Source of the DNA: Candidatus Fonsibacter lacus
GTDB lineage: Bacteria > Pseudomonadota > Gammaproteobacteria > Burkholderiales > Burkholderiaceae_C
Direction of reading: 5' to 3'
Assembly: GCA_009921245.1 (NCBI GenBank)
Contig: RFXW01000001.1
Location: forward strand, 7 to 64,006
DNA length: 64,000 bases
The notes below the pieces were generated by a model. The model had not been told where the DNA came from, did no database searches, and worked only from the letters and a program-made list of their open reading frames with translations. The position numbers and the translations under genes were made by a program. Position 1 is the first letter of the stretch. Each line of letters opens with the position of its first letter. Below are positions 44,288 through 55,434 of this stretch, piece after piece.

Positions 44288-45406
44288 ATGGCACAGCCCG
44301 CACGGTTACAACGCGTTGTGGTTGGCTTGAGTGGCGGCGTGGACTCGGCGGTGGCCGCTTGGCTGCTGAAGCAACAAGGGCACGAAGTGGTCGGTCTTTT
44401 CATGAAAAACTGGAACGACGACGACGACACCGGCTACTGCAGCGCCAATGAAGATTTTGTTGATGCCGCGGCGGTGGCCGACGTGATTGGCATCGACTTG
44501 GAACACGTGAACTTTGCCGCCGATTACAAAGATCGTGTGTTTGCCGAGTTTTTGCGCGAGTACCAAGCCGGGCGCACGCCCAACCCCGATGTGCTGTGCA
44601 ACGCCGAGATCAAATTCAAAGCTTTTTTGGCGCACGCCACGGGGCTGGGCGCCGAAGTCATTGCCACCGGACACTACGCGCGTCGGCGTGACCTCACACA
44701 GGCCAATGGCGAGCCGGTGGCGCAGTTACTCAAAGGCGTGGACCCAAACAAGGATCAAAGCTACTTTTTGCATCGACTCAGCCAAGCGCAGCTGCGCAGC
44801 AGTTGGTTTCCCTTGGGCGATTGGCATAAAACCCAGGTGCGCCGCATGGCCCAAGACCTTGGGCTACCCAACGCCAAGAAAAAAGACTCCACCGGCATTT
44901 GCTTTATCGGGGAGCGGCCGTTTCGCGAATTTCTAAACCGTTACCTGGCGGCCACCCCCGGACCGATTGAAGACGAACACGGCCGAGTGATCGGCCAGCA
45001 CATGGGTCTTAGCTTTTACACCCTGGGGCAACGGCAAGGGCTGGGGGTGGGCGGGGTTAAGGGGGCCGTGGCAGGTCAGCCGTGGTTTGTGGCGCGCAAA
45101 CTCTTGGAACGCAACGCCTTGGTGGTGGTGCAAGGGCACGACCACCCATGGCTGCTGTCTCGTACGCTCACCGCCGACCAATGCAGCTGGTGCAGCGGCG
45201 CGCCCCCCACGCAGGCACTGGCGCGCGCCAAAACACGCTACCGCCAGCAAGACGCCGCGTGTCGCTGGCAACCTCAACCCGACATCGATGGCATGGCCTT
45301 GCAATTTGACGAACCGCAGTGGGCGGTCACCCCAGGCCAAAGCGCTGTGCTGTACGACGGGCCGGTGTGCCTGGGCGGTGGTGTGATCGCCCAGGCCTTC
45401 GATTAA
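44288..45406 (+). CDS. mnmA: tRNA-specific 2-thiouridylase
   Basis: [38 protein letters not shown]. Confidence 0.97.
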   Translation: MAQPARLQRVVVGLSGGVDSAVAAWLLKQQGHEVVGLFMKNWNDDDDTGYCSANEDFVDAAAVADVIGIDLEHVNFAADYKDRVFAEFLREYQAGRTPNPDVLCNAEIKFKAFLAHATGLGAEVIATGHYARRRDLTQANGEPVAQLLKGVDPNKDQSYFLHRLSQAQLRSSWFPLGDWHKTQVRRMAQDLGLPNAKKKDSTGICFIGERPFREFLNRYLAATPGPIEDEHGRVIGQHMGLSFYTLGQRQGLGVGGVKGAVAGQPWFVARKLLERNALVVVQGHDHPWLLSRTLTADQCSWCSGAPPTQALARAKTRYRQQDAACRWQPQPDIDGMALQFDEPQWAVTPGQSAVLYDGPVCLGGGVIAQAFD

Positions 45407-45870
45407 AACGGGATATCGTCGTCGAGGTCGTCAAAGCCAGCGCCGCCGGCGGCTGGCTTGGTGGCTGCGGGGGCAGCCGAAGCCGCCGCTGGGCGTGGCG
45501 CGCGCGCCGGGGCGTCGCCGCCACCCATGCCTTCACGCGACCCAAGCAACTGCAGCTCTTGGGCAATGATGTCCACGGTATGGCGCTCTTGGCCGGTGGT
45601 TTTGTCGGTGTAGCTGCCGTACTTCAGGCGACCCTCAACATAAATGGGCCGGCCTTTTTTAACGTACTCGCCGGCAATCTCGGCCAGCCGATCGTAAAAC
45701 GTTACGCGGTGCCATTGGGTGTCTTCCACCATCTCGCCGCTGGTGCGGTCTTTGCGCCGGCTGCTGGTGGCCACGCTGACGTTGGCCACGGCCTGGCCGG
45801 ACGGCAAATAACGCACCTCGGGGTCGCGCCCGCAATTGCCCACCAAAATCACTTTATTCACTGATGCCAC
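45403..45870 (-). CDS. ssb: Single-stranded DNA-binding protein
   Basis: [16 protein letters not shown]-terminal DDDIPF; GTG start with SD GGAGG. Confidence 0.97.
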   Translation of the reverse strand: MASVNKVILVGNCGRDPEVRYLPSGQAVANVSVATSSRRKDRTSGEMVEDTQWHRVTFYDRLAEIAGEYVKKGRPIYVEGRLKYGSYTDKTTGQERHTVDIIAQELQLLGSREGMGGGDAPARAPRPAAASAAPAATKPAAGGAGFDDLDDDIPF

Positions 45871-46001
45871 GGCTTACCTCCTCTGAATATCGTTGGGGGC
45901 AACCGCGCCCCCGCCACAACCATTGTGCCCCAAGCAAGCCATGCGTTACACACGTCCGGCGCTTATCATGTTGGGTTGCTTACCCGTTACCGCCCAAACG
46001 C

Positions 46002-48872
46002 ATGAACGCGCCTGAAATGCCCCGCCCCACGGCCCCGACCGACCGCCTGACGCACCTGGTGGTGCGCGGGGCACGCACGCACAATTTACAAGGCGTCAAC
46101 GTTGATATCCCCAAGGGCAAGTTGGTGGTAATTACAGGCCCCAGCGGTTCGGGCAAATCAAGCTTGGCGTTTGACACCCTGTACGCCGAGGGCCAAAGGC
46201 GCTATGTCGAGAGTTTGTCGACTTACGCCCGGCAGTTTTTGCACCGGCTCGATAAGCCCGACGTGGATTGGATTGAGGGCTTGTCGCCGGCGATTGCCAT
46301 TGAGCAAAAAGCCAGCAACCACAACCCGCGCTCCACCGTGGGAACGGTCACTGAAATTCTTGACCATCTGCGCCTGCTGATGGCGCGCGCCGGCACCTCG
46401 TACTGCCCCACGCACGACACCCCACTGCAAGCCTTTGGCGTCAGCGGCATCGTGGACCAGGTGTTGGCCATGCCCGAGGGCGCGCCGGTGGCTTTGCTGG
46501 CGCCACAAACCGCGCCTGCCGAGGGCACTTGGGCGGCGTCTTTGGCGCAAGCGCAAGCCTTGGGCTTTACGCGCTGGGTGCTGGATGGGCAGTGGCAGGA
46601 AGACGTCACGGCCGAGGCCCTTGGCGCTGCCGAGCAAGTGGCTTTGGTGGTGGACCGGCTTAAGGTACGCCCCGACGCCAGACAACGCTTGGCCGAAAGT
46701 GTGGAGACCGCACTCAAGCTGGGCGATGGTGTGGTGGGCTTGTGGGCCATGGACAACGGCAGCACACGACGCATGAGCTCACGCTGGTCGTGCCCGCATT
46801 GCAGCCACACCGCGCCACAGCCCGAGCCACGTATGTTTTCGTTCAACTCGCCGCACGGCGCCTGCAGCGAATGCGACGGCTTGGGACAAGTCACGCGCTT
46901 TGACCCGTCGCGGGTGGTGGCGTTTCCAAGCTTAAGCCTGGCCAGTGGTGCCATCCATGGCTGGGACCGGCGCAACCCACAAGCCATGGCGTGGTTGCAG
47001 GCGCTGGCCGACACGCTGGCGTTTGACCTAGAAGCGCCCTACGAATCGTTGCCTGCGTCCACGCAACAAGCGGTGTTGTGGGGCACCGGCGAGCGCACCG
47101 TGGCCGTGGCCTTGCCCACAAACAAAGGCAAAACACCCACACAGCAGCTGCCCTTTGAAGGCGTGATCCCCAGCCTGCAGCGGCGCTGGCGTGAGACCGA
47201 ATCCAGCCTGGTGCGCGACGAATTGGCGCGTCTGCGTGCGCCCGCACCGTGCCCGGCCTGCCAAGGCACGCGACTGCGGGCCGAAGCACGCCAGGTGTAC
47301 CTTGGCCACGGCCAGCAACGGCGCACCTTGCCGCAATGGTGCGAGCTTACCTTGGCCGAATTGCAACGCGCATTCGATGGCTTGGCACTGCATGGCGCAC
47401 AAGCCGATATCGCGGCCCGCGTGTTGCAAGAAATTGCGGCGCGCGTGCGTTTTTTGAACAACGTCGGGCTGGGCTACCTCAACCTCAACCGCAGCGCCGA
47501 GTCGCTATCCGGTGGCGAAGCGCAGCGGATTCGCTTGGCCAGTCAAATCGGCTCGGGCCTGTCGGGGGTGATGTACGTGCTGGACGAGCCCAGCATTGGC
47601 CTGCATCAGCGCGACAACGACCGACTCATTGACACCCTGCGCCAGCTGCGCGACTTGGGGAACACGGTGCTGGTGGTGGAGCATGACGAAGACATGATCC
47701 GTGCCGCCGACCATGTGCTGGACATGGGCCCGGGCGCCGGCACCTTGGGCGGCACGGTGGTGGCGCAAGGCACGCCCAGCGAACTGGTGAACCTGCCCGC
47801 GTCGCTGACCGGGCAATACCTCAGTGGCGCGCGCACGATTGCGGTGCCCAGGCGCCGCATCGCCTTCGACACACAGCGTTGCATCCGCATCACGGGCGCG
47901 CGCGGCCACACCTTGCGCGGGCTGGACGTGGCGTTTCCGATTGGTCTCATGACCTGCGTCACGGGGGTGTCCGGGTCGGGCAAAAGCACCTTGGTCAACG
48001 ACACCTTGCTGCGCGCCATGAGCCGTTTGGTGCACCGCGCGGGCACCGAAGCCGCCGCGCACGACGACATCACCGGCCACGAACACATTGACCACGTGGT
48101 CAGCGTGGATCAATCGCCCATTGGGCGCACGCCGCGCAGCAACCCCGCCACATACACCGGCGTCTTTGGCCTGATCCGTGAGCTCATGGCCGAAACACCC
48201 ACCGCACGTGAACGGGGCTACGGCCCGGGGCGGTTTTCATTCAACGTTGCCGGCGGGCGCTGCGAGGCCTGCCAGGGCGACGGCGTAACGCGTGTGGAGA
48301 TGCATTTTTTACCCGACGTGTACGTAACCTGCGAGGTCTGCCAAGGGGTGCGCTACAACCGTGAAACCTTAGAGGTGCGCTACAAAGGGTTGCACATTGG
48401 CGAAATCCTTGAACTCACCGTGTCTCAAGCGCTGGATTTTTTTGACGCCATGCCCGCCATGCGACGCAAGCTGCAAACGCTGGTGGACGTGGGCTTGGGC
48501 TATCTTCGACTGGGGCAAAACGCCACCACGTTGTCGGGCGGCGAGGCGCAACGCATCAAGCTTTCACTTGAGTTAAGCAAACGGCAAACCGGGCGCACGC
48601 TCTACGTGCTGGACGAACCCACCACCGGCTTGCACTTTGCCGACATCGCGCTGTTGCTGGAGGTGCTGCACCGTTTGCGTGACGCTGGCAACACGCTGGT
48701 GGTGATCGAACACAACCTCGACGTGATCAAAACCGCCGACTGGGTGATAGACCTCGGGCCCGAGGGCGGCGACGCCGGCGGTGCGCTGATTTGTCAAGGC
48801 ACGCCTGAAACAATCGCTGAATGCCCAGGCAGCCACACCGGGCGCTACCTCAAGCGCATGCTCGCCGTCTAA
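46002..48872 (+). CDS. uvrA: Excinuclease ABC subunit A
   Basis: GARTHNL, two Walker A motifs (GSGKSS, GSGKST), zinc modules, two LSGGEAQRI signatures. Confidence 0.96.
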   Translation: MNAPEMPRPTAPTDRLTHLVVRGARTHNLQGVNVDIPKGKLVVITGPSGSGKSSLAFDTLYAEGQRRYVESLSTYARQFLHRLDKPDVDWIEGLSPAIAIEQKASNHNPRSTVGTVTEILDHLRLLMARAGTSYCPTHDTPLQAFGVSGIVDQVLAMPEGAPVALLAPQTAPAEGTWAASLAQAQALGFTRWVLDGQWQEDVTAEALGAAEQVALVVDRLKVRPDARQRLAESVETALKLGDGVVGLWAMDNGSTRRMSSRWSCPHCSHTAPQPEPRMFSFNSPHGACSECDGLGQVTRFDPSRVVAFPSLSLASGAIHGWDRRNPQAMAWLQALADTLAFDLEAPYESLPASTQQAVLWGTGERTVAVALPTNKGKTPTQQLPFEGVIPSLQRRWRETESSLVRDELARLRAPAPCPACQGTRLRAEARQVYLGHGQQRRTLPQWCELTLAELQRAFDGLALHGAQADIAARVLQEIAARVRFLNNVGLGYLNLNRSAESLSGGEAQRIRLASQIGSGLSGVMYVLDEPSIGLHQRDNDRLIDTLRQLRDLGNTVLVVEHDEDMIRAADHVLDMGPGAGTLGGTVVAQGTPSELVNLPASLTGQYLSGARTIAVPRRRIAFDTQRCIRITGARGHTLRGLDVAFPIGLMTCVTGVSGSGKSTLVNDTLLRAMSRLVHRAGTEAAAHDDITGHEHIDHVVSVDQSPIGRTPRSNPATYTGVFGLIRELMAETPTARERGYGPGRFSFNVAGGRCEACQGDGVTRVEMHFLPDVYVTCEVCQGVRYNRETLEVRYKGLHIGEILELTVSQALDFFDAMPAMRRKLQTLVDVGLGYLRLGQNATTLSGGEAQRIKLSLELSKRQTGRTLYVLDEPTTGLHFADIALLLEVLHRLRDAGNTLVVIEHNLDVIKTADWVIDLGPEGGDAGGALICQGTPETIAECPGSHTGRYLKRMLAV

Positions 48873-49702
48873 CGCGACGCGCGAGCCGCTTGCAGCGTGT
48901 CGCGCGTGCTTTGGGCCGCGGCGCGCGCGGCCTGGGCAAAGTCGGTGCCGCTTGAGGCGTACAAAATGGCGCGCGACGAGTTCACCACCACCATGCCACT
49001 GTCAGGGGTGGGCAAGGCGGCGTGCACCGTGGCTTGGGCGTCGCCTCCTTGGGCACCGACACCGGGCACCAGCAAAGGCAGGTGTGGGGCGAGCTCGCGC
49101 ACGCGGGCGATTTCTTCTGGGTAGGTTGCCCCCACCACCAAGCCCAGTTGGCCGTTTTCGTTCCATGGACCCTGCGCCAAGCGTGCCACGTGTTCAAACA
49201 ACTTGGGGCTTTCGGGCACGCTACCCAGCGTTTGCGCCTGCAAATCGTCGCCACCCGGGTTGGAGGTGCGACAAAGCAAAAAAGCGCCCTTACCCGGGTA
49301 GCGCAAATAGGGCTGCACCGAATCGAACCCCATGAAGGGCGACAGAGTGACCGCGTCGGCTTGGTAACGCTCAAAAACCTCGGCCGCGTACTGCTCGGCG
49401 GTGCTGCCAATGTCGCCTCGCTTGGCGTCGAGAATCACGGGTACATGCGGCGCCACCGCGCGTATGTGTTGCATCAGCCGCTCCAGCTGCGGCTCGGCAC
49501 GGTGTGCGGCAAAGTAGGCAATCTGAGGTTTAAACGCGCACACCAAGTCGGCCGTGGCCAACACCACCTGCGCACAAAAATCGTAAATCGCCTCTGGACC
49601 TTGTAAATGTGGGGGCAAACGTGCAGGGTCTGGATCCAGGCCCACGCACAGCAGCGATTGATGGATTTGCTGCGCGTGCGCCAAACGTTCGATAAAGGTC
49701 AT
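48869..49702 (-). CDS. pyrF: Orotidine-5'-phosphate decarboxylase
   Basis: [36 protein letters not shown]. Confidence 0.96.
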   Translation of the reverse strand: MTFIERLAHAQQIHQSLLCVGLDPDPARLPPHLQGPEAIYDFCAQVVLATADLVCAFKPQIAYFAAHRAEPQLERLMQHIRAVAPHVPVILDAKRGDIGSTAEQYAAEVFERYQADAVTLSPFMGFDSVQPYLRYPGKGAFLLCRTSNPGGDDLQAQTLGSVPESPKLFEHVARLAQGPWNENGQLGLVVGATYPEEIARVRELAPHLPLLVPGVGAQGGDAQATVHAALPTPDSGMVVVNSSRAILYASSGTDFAQAARAAAQSTRDTLQAARASR

Positions 49703-50466
49703 GCCGGCATTTTAGGTGGGCAGGCATGGTGCGCCAGGCATAGGTCGTCCCATGCCTGTGCTTTGTCGGCGTGCTGCGTAAGCAACGCATCCAAGGCGTG
49801 CGTGACCACCAGCGCGCAACCCTGGTAGGTGTGCACACGTCCGCGCAACTCGCCCAGTGTGGTCTCGGGCGCGACTTGCAACAAGCGTTTGGCCACATGC
49901 GCGCCGAGCGCGATCACCACGTCGGGCTGCAGCAACGCCACGGTGTCACGGGTATGGCCCTGGCAGGCCTGCTCGTGCGTGGGGCTGGGCCAATGGCCAG
50001 AGGGTGGGGTGCACTTGGTCAGTGTGGTGAGCATCATGGCCTCGGCGGGCACGCCCAAGGCTTGCCCCATGGCCTGCCACAACGCCTGCTGGGCGGCTGG
50101 CAACAACGCCTGCGCGTCCGCTTGGGCGCTGGGGTGCGCCGCAACAAACAACCAACGTGCGGTGTTGCGGTCGCCCTGCGCCACCTGAACCGAGGCCCGA
50201 TGCTGCGCCAAATCGCACGCCCGACAGGCGTTAACCTGCTCGTGGTGCATGGCCCAGCTGGTTGCCGGTGGATATTCGGCGGCAGGGGCGACGGTGCCGG
50301 TTGCATGCGCGGGCGTAGCGGTTGGCGCAGAAGGTGCCGCCACGCCACGTACCGGAACAACGGTGGCCGGCGTGGCGGGCGCCAGCCATGGCACCCCCAT
50401 GGCGCGCAGCATGGCGCGTTGGCGTGTTGACAGAGACAACGTGGTACGAACCGGCATAGCAATCAA
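49699..50466 (-). CDS. Family-4 uracil-DNA glycosylase-like protein with degenerate catalytic motifs
   Basis: Four Fe-S-type Cys (CRAC, KC, AC), [22 protein letters not shown]; GEAPG and YHP motifs absent. Confidence 0.8.
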   Translation of the reverse strand: MIAMPVRTTLSLSTRQRAMLRAMGVPWLAPATPATVVPVRGVAAPSAPTATPAHATGTVAPAAEYPPATSWAMHHEQVNACRACDLAQHRASVQVAQGDRNTARWLFVAAHPSAQADAQALLPAAQQALWQAMGQALGVPAEAMMLTTLTKCTPPSGHWPSPTHEQACQGHTRDTVALLQPDVVIALGAHVAKRLLQVAPETTLGELRGRVHTYQGCALVVTHALDALLTQHADKAQAWDDLCLAHHACPPKMPA

Positions 50467-50981
50467 ATCGCCACCGTTAAGGGCAAACGCATCACCACCG
50501 CGTCTTCACGCTGGGTGGCGCTGAGTGGATAGTATCGTGCACGCACGGCCACTTCTTGGTAACCCAACGCCTGATACAGCGCCTTGGCTGCGGCGTTGCC
50601 CGCGCGCACCTCAAGCCAAACGGCATGCGCGGCCTGGCGTTGCGCCCATTCGTGCAAGGCCACCAGCAGCAGGCTGGCGTAGCCTTGGCGTCGGCTGTCT
50701 GGTGCCACCGTAAGGTTGAGCAAATGCACCTCATCCACCCCAAGCCACGCCACCACGTGGCCAAGCAAACGCGCGCCCTGCGGCACATGCCACGACACCG
50801 GCGCTTGTGGCTGCGGTGCCTGCAACAACATCTGGGCCCAATGGCCGTCGCGCAAGCTGTCGGCAAAATTGCCATGGGTCCAAGGATGGGCGTGGCTGGC
50901 TTGTTCAACCGCGTGCACCGTTAACAAGTCGCCCGCTTGCATGGGCGCCAGCCACGGGCGGTCCGGCCACGCCTGGCTCAC
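50463..50981 (-). CDS. rimI: Ribosomal protein S18 alanine N-acetyltransferase
   Basis: HPWTHGNF, EVHLLNL, RRQGYA, LEVRAGN, YY...EDAVVM. Confidence 0.92.
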   Translation of the reverse strand: MSQAWPDRPWLAPMQAGDLLTVHAVEQASHAHPWTHGNFADSLRDGHWAQMLLQAPQPQAPVSWHVPQGARLLGHVVAWLGVDEVHLLNLTVAPDSRRQGYASLLLVALHEWAQRQAAHAVWLEVRAGNAAAKALYQALGYQEVAVRARYYPLSATQREDAVVMRLPLTVAI

Positions 50982-51742
50982 GGCGCCACACCGCGCTCAG
51001 CCATGGTTTGTGCCACCCGGTCACGCACATAAAGCGGCCGCACCTGCGCCGCGTTCACCCCCTGCGATGCACGCCACTGCGCGGGTGCCAAATGCAACAT
51101 GGCGTGCGCGGTTGGCGCCGACGCCACGGCCTCGATTGCCGCCGCCCAGGGTACAGCCTCCGGGAGGTGGTAGGCCAAGCGCTTGTCGGCACTGGCGCCC
51201 ACCACCTCAAGCCAGCGCCGTGGCTCCCATAGCGAGGGGGCCTGCACCACCGCCGGCACCTGGTGTGGGCACGGACGGTCGTCGTCGAACCTGTAACTGG
51301 CGGCGTACCACTGCCCCATACGAGCATCAAGGGCAACGTGAATCTCCCCCGGCCGACACCAATCGGCGCGCTGCAGTCGCGCCGCATGGGCTATAGCCAT
51401 CAAGCCGTCGGCCATGATCACGGGCGTATCGCCCAAGCCCAACGCCAAACCCTGGGCCAAGCTGCACGCGGTGCGCAGTCCGGTAAACGCGCCCGGGCCC
51501 TGCCCCACCACCAAGGCGCTCAAGTCGGCCCACACCAGCCCGGCTTCTTGCAACAGTTGCTGCAGCGTAGGCAACAGCGTGGCCGAAGCCTGCGCGCCTC
51601 CGGGGGCGTCCACACAACGCCAACGCGGCAGGCCTTCGCCGCCGCTCAACCAATCACCGCTGCCCAGCGCGGCACTGATCATTTGGCCGCTGGTGTCCCA
51701 AGCCAACACATGGCTTGGCGGTTTGTGAGACGATTCAGGCAT
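50978..51742 (-). CDS. tsaB: t6A biosynthesis protein TsaB
   Basis: LAWDTS, GPGAFTGLR, LDARMGQ, PLYVRDRVA; exact start uncertain. Confidence 0.9.
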   Translation of the reverse strand: MPESSHKPPSHVLAWDTSGQMISAALGSGDWLSGGEGLPRWRCVDAPGGAQASATLLPTLQQLLQEAGLVWADLSALVVGQGPGAFTGLRTACSLAQGLALGLGDTPVIMADGLMAIAHAARLQRADWCRPGEIHVALDARMGQWYAASYRFDDDRPCPHQVPAVVQAPSLWEPRRWLEVVGASADKRLAYHLPEAVPWAAAIEAVASAPTAHAMLHLAPAQWRASQGVNAAQVRPLYVRDRVAQTMAERGVAP

Positions 51743-53219
51743 GCAAGCAATTAAGTGGTCAAAGGGTCGTTGCGCGGCGTGGGTCGTAGGCTGGGGTTTG
51801 GTTTGCTCAGCCTCGGGCGCATGGGCCAATCATGATACCGGCACGCTCCCCGCAGCCGTGCGCAAAGCCATGGCCCAAGCCAATTTGCCTATCGACAGTT
51901 TGTCGGCGGTGATTCAACCGGCGGGTGGGGGTCACGATTTGTTGAGCGTGGCGCCCAACCGCCCCATGAACCCAGCCTCGATCGCCAAGCTGCTCACCAC
52001 CACGGCGGGGCTGGATTTGCTTGGCCCGGGCTACCTTTGGCACACCGAGTTTTTAACCGATGGCCAGGTGCAAGGCAACCGCTTACAAGGCAATTTGTAT
52101 GTGCGCGGCGGGGGTGACCCCAAATTGGTGTTGGAGCGCATTGAAGCGATTTATGCGCAACTTCAAGCGCAAGGCATTCGCCACATCGAAGGCGACCTGG
52201 TGCTGGACAACCGCGCGTTTGCGCCGGTGGTGCCTGACGCCGACGGCTTTGATGGCCAGGTGCTGCGCCCCTACAACGTACAGCCCGATGCGCTGCTGGT
52301 GAACTTTAAAGCGGTGATTCTGCGTTTCACGCCACAGCCCAAAAGCGGCTACGCCACGGTACAGGTGGAGCCCACCATGGCGGGGTTGAGCGTGCCCAAA
52401 AAAGTGCGCCTGCGGGGTGGACGTTGCGGCGACTGGCACCAAGCGCTGCGGGCGGATTTTTCTGATCCGCGTCGATACCGCCTACGCGGCACTTACCCCC
52501 GCGCCTGCGGTGAGCAGGAATGGCCTGTAGCTTACGCCGACCCACAAGCGCACGCCAAACGCGCACTGCTTGGCCTGTGGCAGGCCAGTGGCGGCAGTTT
52601 GAAAGGACAGGTGCGATGGGGGCAGGTGCCGGCGCGCGCCACATTGTTGTTGCGCGCACCCTCGCTGCCGCTGACCGAGGTGATTCAAGACATCAATAAG
52701 TTCAGCAACAACGTCATGGCGCAGCAGCTGTTTTTAACGCTGGCGCCGCAGCAACCAGCCACCTTCGCTGGCGCACAACAAACCTTAACGCAATGGTGGC
52801 GGCGCACGTTACCCGAGCAGCCTGTTCCCAAGGTTGTCAACGGCTCGGGCCTAACGCGCCACGGCCAGCTCAGCGCAGCCGCGCTTGCGGCCTTGCTGCA
52901 ACACAACCTGGCGGCACCGTACGCCAACGCCTTTCGTGAATCCTTGGCGGTTGCAGGCGTCGATGGCACCGTCAAGCTTGTTGGGCGGCAGCCTGGGGAG
53001 GCCCCGCTGAAGGGGCAGGCCTGGTTAAAAACCGGCACCTTGCGCGATGTCGCCTCGGTGGCGGGATACGTACGCAACCAACAAGGGCATTGGCTGGTGG
53101 TGGTGGGCATCATCAATCACGACCCGGCGCGGGGTGGGCGCCACGCCTTAATGCAGCTGCTGGCATGGGCGGCGCGGCAGCCCTTACCCAAGGCCCCCGA
53201 GGCCACGAACCGCCCCTAA
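51741..53219 (+). CDS. dacB: D-alanyl-D-alanine carboxypeptidase/endopeptidase (PBP4)
   Basis: Signal peptide, PASIAK (SxxK), SNN, NGSGL, KTGTL. Confidence 0.92.
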   Translation: MQAIKWSKGRCAAWVVGWGLVCSASGAWANHDTGTLPAAVRKAMAQANLPIDSLSAVIQPAGGGHDLLSVAPNRPMNPASIAKLLTTTAGLDLLGPGYLWHTEFLTDGQVQGNRLQGNLYVRGGGDPKLVLERIEAIYAQLQAQGIRHIEGDLVLDNRAFAPVVPDADGFDGQVLRPYNVQPDALLVNFKAVILRFTPQPKSGYATVQVEPTMAGLSVPKKVRLRGGRCGDWHQALRADFSDPRRYRLRGTYPRACGEQEWPVAYADPQAHAKRALLGLWQASGGSLKGQVRWGQVPARATLLLRAPSLPLTEVIQDINKFSNNVMAQQLFLTLAPQQPATFAGAQQTLTQWWRRTLPEQPVPKVVNGSGLTRHGQLSAAALAALLQHNLAAPYANAFRESLAVAGVDGTVKLVGRQPGEAPLKGQAWLKTGTLRDVASVAGYVRNQQGHWLVVVGIINHDPARGGRHALMQLLAWAARQPLPKAPEATNRP

Positions 53220-54235
53220 GCGGGGTGGGCGGCGCGGCTTAAGCGATCGCGCACACCGTCCCAGCTGACATCCGGCGGGGGTTGCTGCACCCATAGCACG
53301 CCCGTGGCCATGGCATCCATGGCGCGCAGCACCGCAAACAGCTCGTGCGCACAAGCGGTGGCTTGTTGCGGCTGATCAAAGCCTGGCACAGCAGGTGCCA
53401 GCGCCCGCAATGTGGCCGAGGCATACACCGCAACCTCAGGGCCGGCCGTGGGCAAAGCCTTGGCCAACGCCGCGGCGCTCAGCACCCGCAGCGGCGTGCG
53501 CGGCGCGTAGTGCGACGCCATGGCGCCCGACACCCGCGGCGCGTTGCCATCGGCGCTGGCCAAGGGCCGCCCCAGCACCGCCTCAAGCGACGTGCGCTCA
53601 ATCATGCCCGGGCGCAGCAACACCGGATGGTCTCGGGAGGCATCGACAATGGTGGACTCGATGCCCACTTGCGAAGGCCCGCCGTCAAGCACCCGCAACA
53701 CCGCGCCGGTGGTGTGTGCAGCGAACTCGTCTAAAACGTGTGAGGGTAAGGTGGGGCTGATGCGGCCAAAGCGATTGGCACTGGGCGCGGCCAGCCCCAT
53801 CACACCCCGTGCCCGTGCCGCCACCAACACCTGCTGCGCCAGTGGGTGCGCTGGGCAGCGCACCGCCACGGTTGGCAAATGGGCCGCCATCACCCCGGCC
53901 ACCCCAGGCCGACGCGGCAGCACCAAGGTCAACGGCCCAGGCCAAAAGGCTTGCATCAACGCCTGCGCCCAGTCAGGCGCTTGAAGGGCAAAAAAAGACC
54001 ACCCCGGCTCGGCCCCAGCCACATCGGGCGCCACGTGCACGATCAGCGGGTGATCCGCCGGACGTCCTTTTAGAGCAAACACCGCCTGCACGGCTGCGTC
54101 GTTTTGGGCGTCGGCCGCCAAACCGTACACCGTCTCTGTGGGCAGGCCCAGCAAACCACCTGCGGCGACGTGCTCTGCGCAGGCCAGCACATCGCGCGTG
54201 ACCGATACCGCGCCGTTCGACAAGGCTGCGGTCAT
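53216..54235 (-). CDS. sua5: L-threonylcarbamoyladenylate synthase (Sua5 type)
   Basis: PTETVYGLAAD, KGRP, APSANRFG, GIEST, SHYAP C-terminal domain. Confidence 0.92.
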   Translation of the reverse strand: MTAALSNGAVSVTRDVLACAEHVAAGGLLGLPTETVYGLAADAQNDAAVQAVFALKGRPADHPLIVHVAPDVAGAEPGWSFFALQAPDWAQALMQAFWPGPLTLVLPRRPGVAGVMAAHLPTVAVRCPAHPLAQQVLVAARARGVMGLAAPSANRFGRISPTLPSHVLDEFAAHTTGAVLRVLDGGPSQVGIESTIVDASRDHPVLLRPGMIERTSLEAVLGRPLASADGNAPRVSGAMASHYAPRTPLRVLSAAALAKALPTAGPEVAVYASATLRALAPAVPGFDQPQQATACAHELFAVLRAMDAMATGVLWVQQPPPDVSWDGVRDRLSRAAHPA

Positions 54236-55434
54236 TCGGGCATGCCCAACAACTGCTGCACGCGCTGCGCACGCGCTCGGGCTTGTTCAATGTCGGGGGC
54301 CAACACCGTAACGTGCCCCATTTTGCGCCCCATACGCGCCTCGGTTTTGCCGTACAAATGAAGCTTGACGCCGGGCACGGCCATCACCTCGGCCCACGGC
54401 GGGTGTTGCGCTTGACCGTCGACGTCCAGCCACAAGTCGCCCAACAGGTTGAACATGACCGCCGCCTGCATCAGGCGCGGCGCCACCAGTGGCATGCCCG
54501 TCATGGCGCGTACCTGCAGCTCAAACTGCGATATGTCGCACGCGTCGATGCTGTGATGACCGCTGTTGTGCGGACGAGGGGCGATTTCGTTAAGCACCAA
54601 ACGACCATCGGCGCTGCCGTCGTCAACCAAGAAACACTCCAAACACAGCACGCCCACGTAGTCGAGGGCCTCAGCCAAGGCCCGCGCGGTGGCTTGTGCC
54701 TGCGGCCACCAACTCAACTGCCCGGCGGCGGGGTCAACCTCGGTGCGTGCCAAAATCCCGTTGCGATGCACGTTATGTTGCGCCGGCAGCAGCACACTGT
54801 CGCCATGCGCGCCGCGCGCCAACACCAACGAATACTCAGCGCGCAAGGGCAAGGCCTGCTCCAGCACGCATGGCACCTCGTGCAATTGCGACCACGCCGC
54901 GCGTGCCGCCGCGGCGTCCGCCACCCAACGCTGGCCTTTGCCGTCGTACCCCAAGCGCGCGGTTTTGAGCACCCCAGGAAACAGGGCCGGGCTTAGCCCC
55001 TCCCAATCCTCGGCACTTTGTATGAAGGCGTGCGGCGCCGGTCCCACGCCCCAAGCCGCTTGGTGTTGCGCAAACAAGGTTTTTTCTGCCATGCGACTTT
55101 GCGCCACCTCCACCGCCTTGGCGCCGGGGGCCAACGGCACACGCTGCGCCAACTCGTGCAGCACCGCCACCGGCAGATTTTCAAACTCCACCGTCACCGC
55201 GTCACACAAGCGCACCATGGCAGCCAGCGCGTCGGGGTCGGTGAATTCGGCCTGCAAATGTTGATGGCTGACCAAACCGGCCGGGCTCTCAGCGTCGGGG
55301 TCCCACACCACCACGCGGTAACCCAACCGCTGCGCGGTGTGTACAAACATGCGCCCCAACTGCCCACCACCCAACACGCCCAGTGTGGTGGGGCGGCCGC
55401 TGGCCAACGCCAGCGAGGGTGGCAGCGGACTCAT
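54232..55434 (-). CDS. purK: N5-carboxyaminoimidazole ribonucleotide synthase
   Basis: [37 protein letters not shown]. Confidence 0.96.
   Translation of the reverse strand: MSPLPPSLALASGRPTTLGVLGGGQLGRMFVHTAQRLGYRVVVWDPDAESPAGLVSHQHLQAEFTDPDALAAMVRLCDAVTVEFENLPVAVLHELAQRVPLAPGAKAVEVAQSRMAEKTLFAQHQAAWGVGPAPHAFIQSAEDWEGLSPALFPGVLKTARLGYDGKGQRWVADAAAARAAWSQLHEVPCVLEQALPLRAEYSLVLARGAHGDSVLLPAQHNVHRNGILARTEVDPAAGQLSWWPQAQATARALAEALDYVGVLCLECFLVDDGSADGRLVLNEIAPRPHNSGHHSIDACDISQFELQVRAMTGMPLVAPRLMQAAVMFNLLGDLWLDVDGQAQHPPWAEVMAVPGVKLHLYGKTEARMGRKMGHVTVLAPDIEQARARAQRVQQLLGMPE

Noticed and set aside
45871-46001. Expected SOS box between ssb and uvrA; GGGGGC/GCCCCC hairpin at 45895-45912
   Set aside because: No CTGT-N8-ACAG found; the hairpin has no U-tract and no other support
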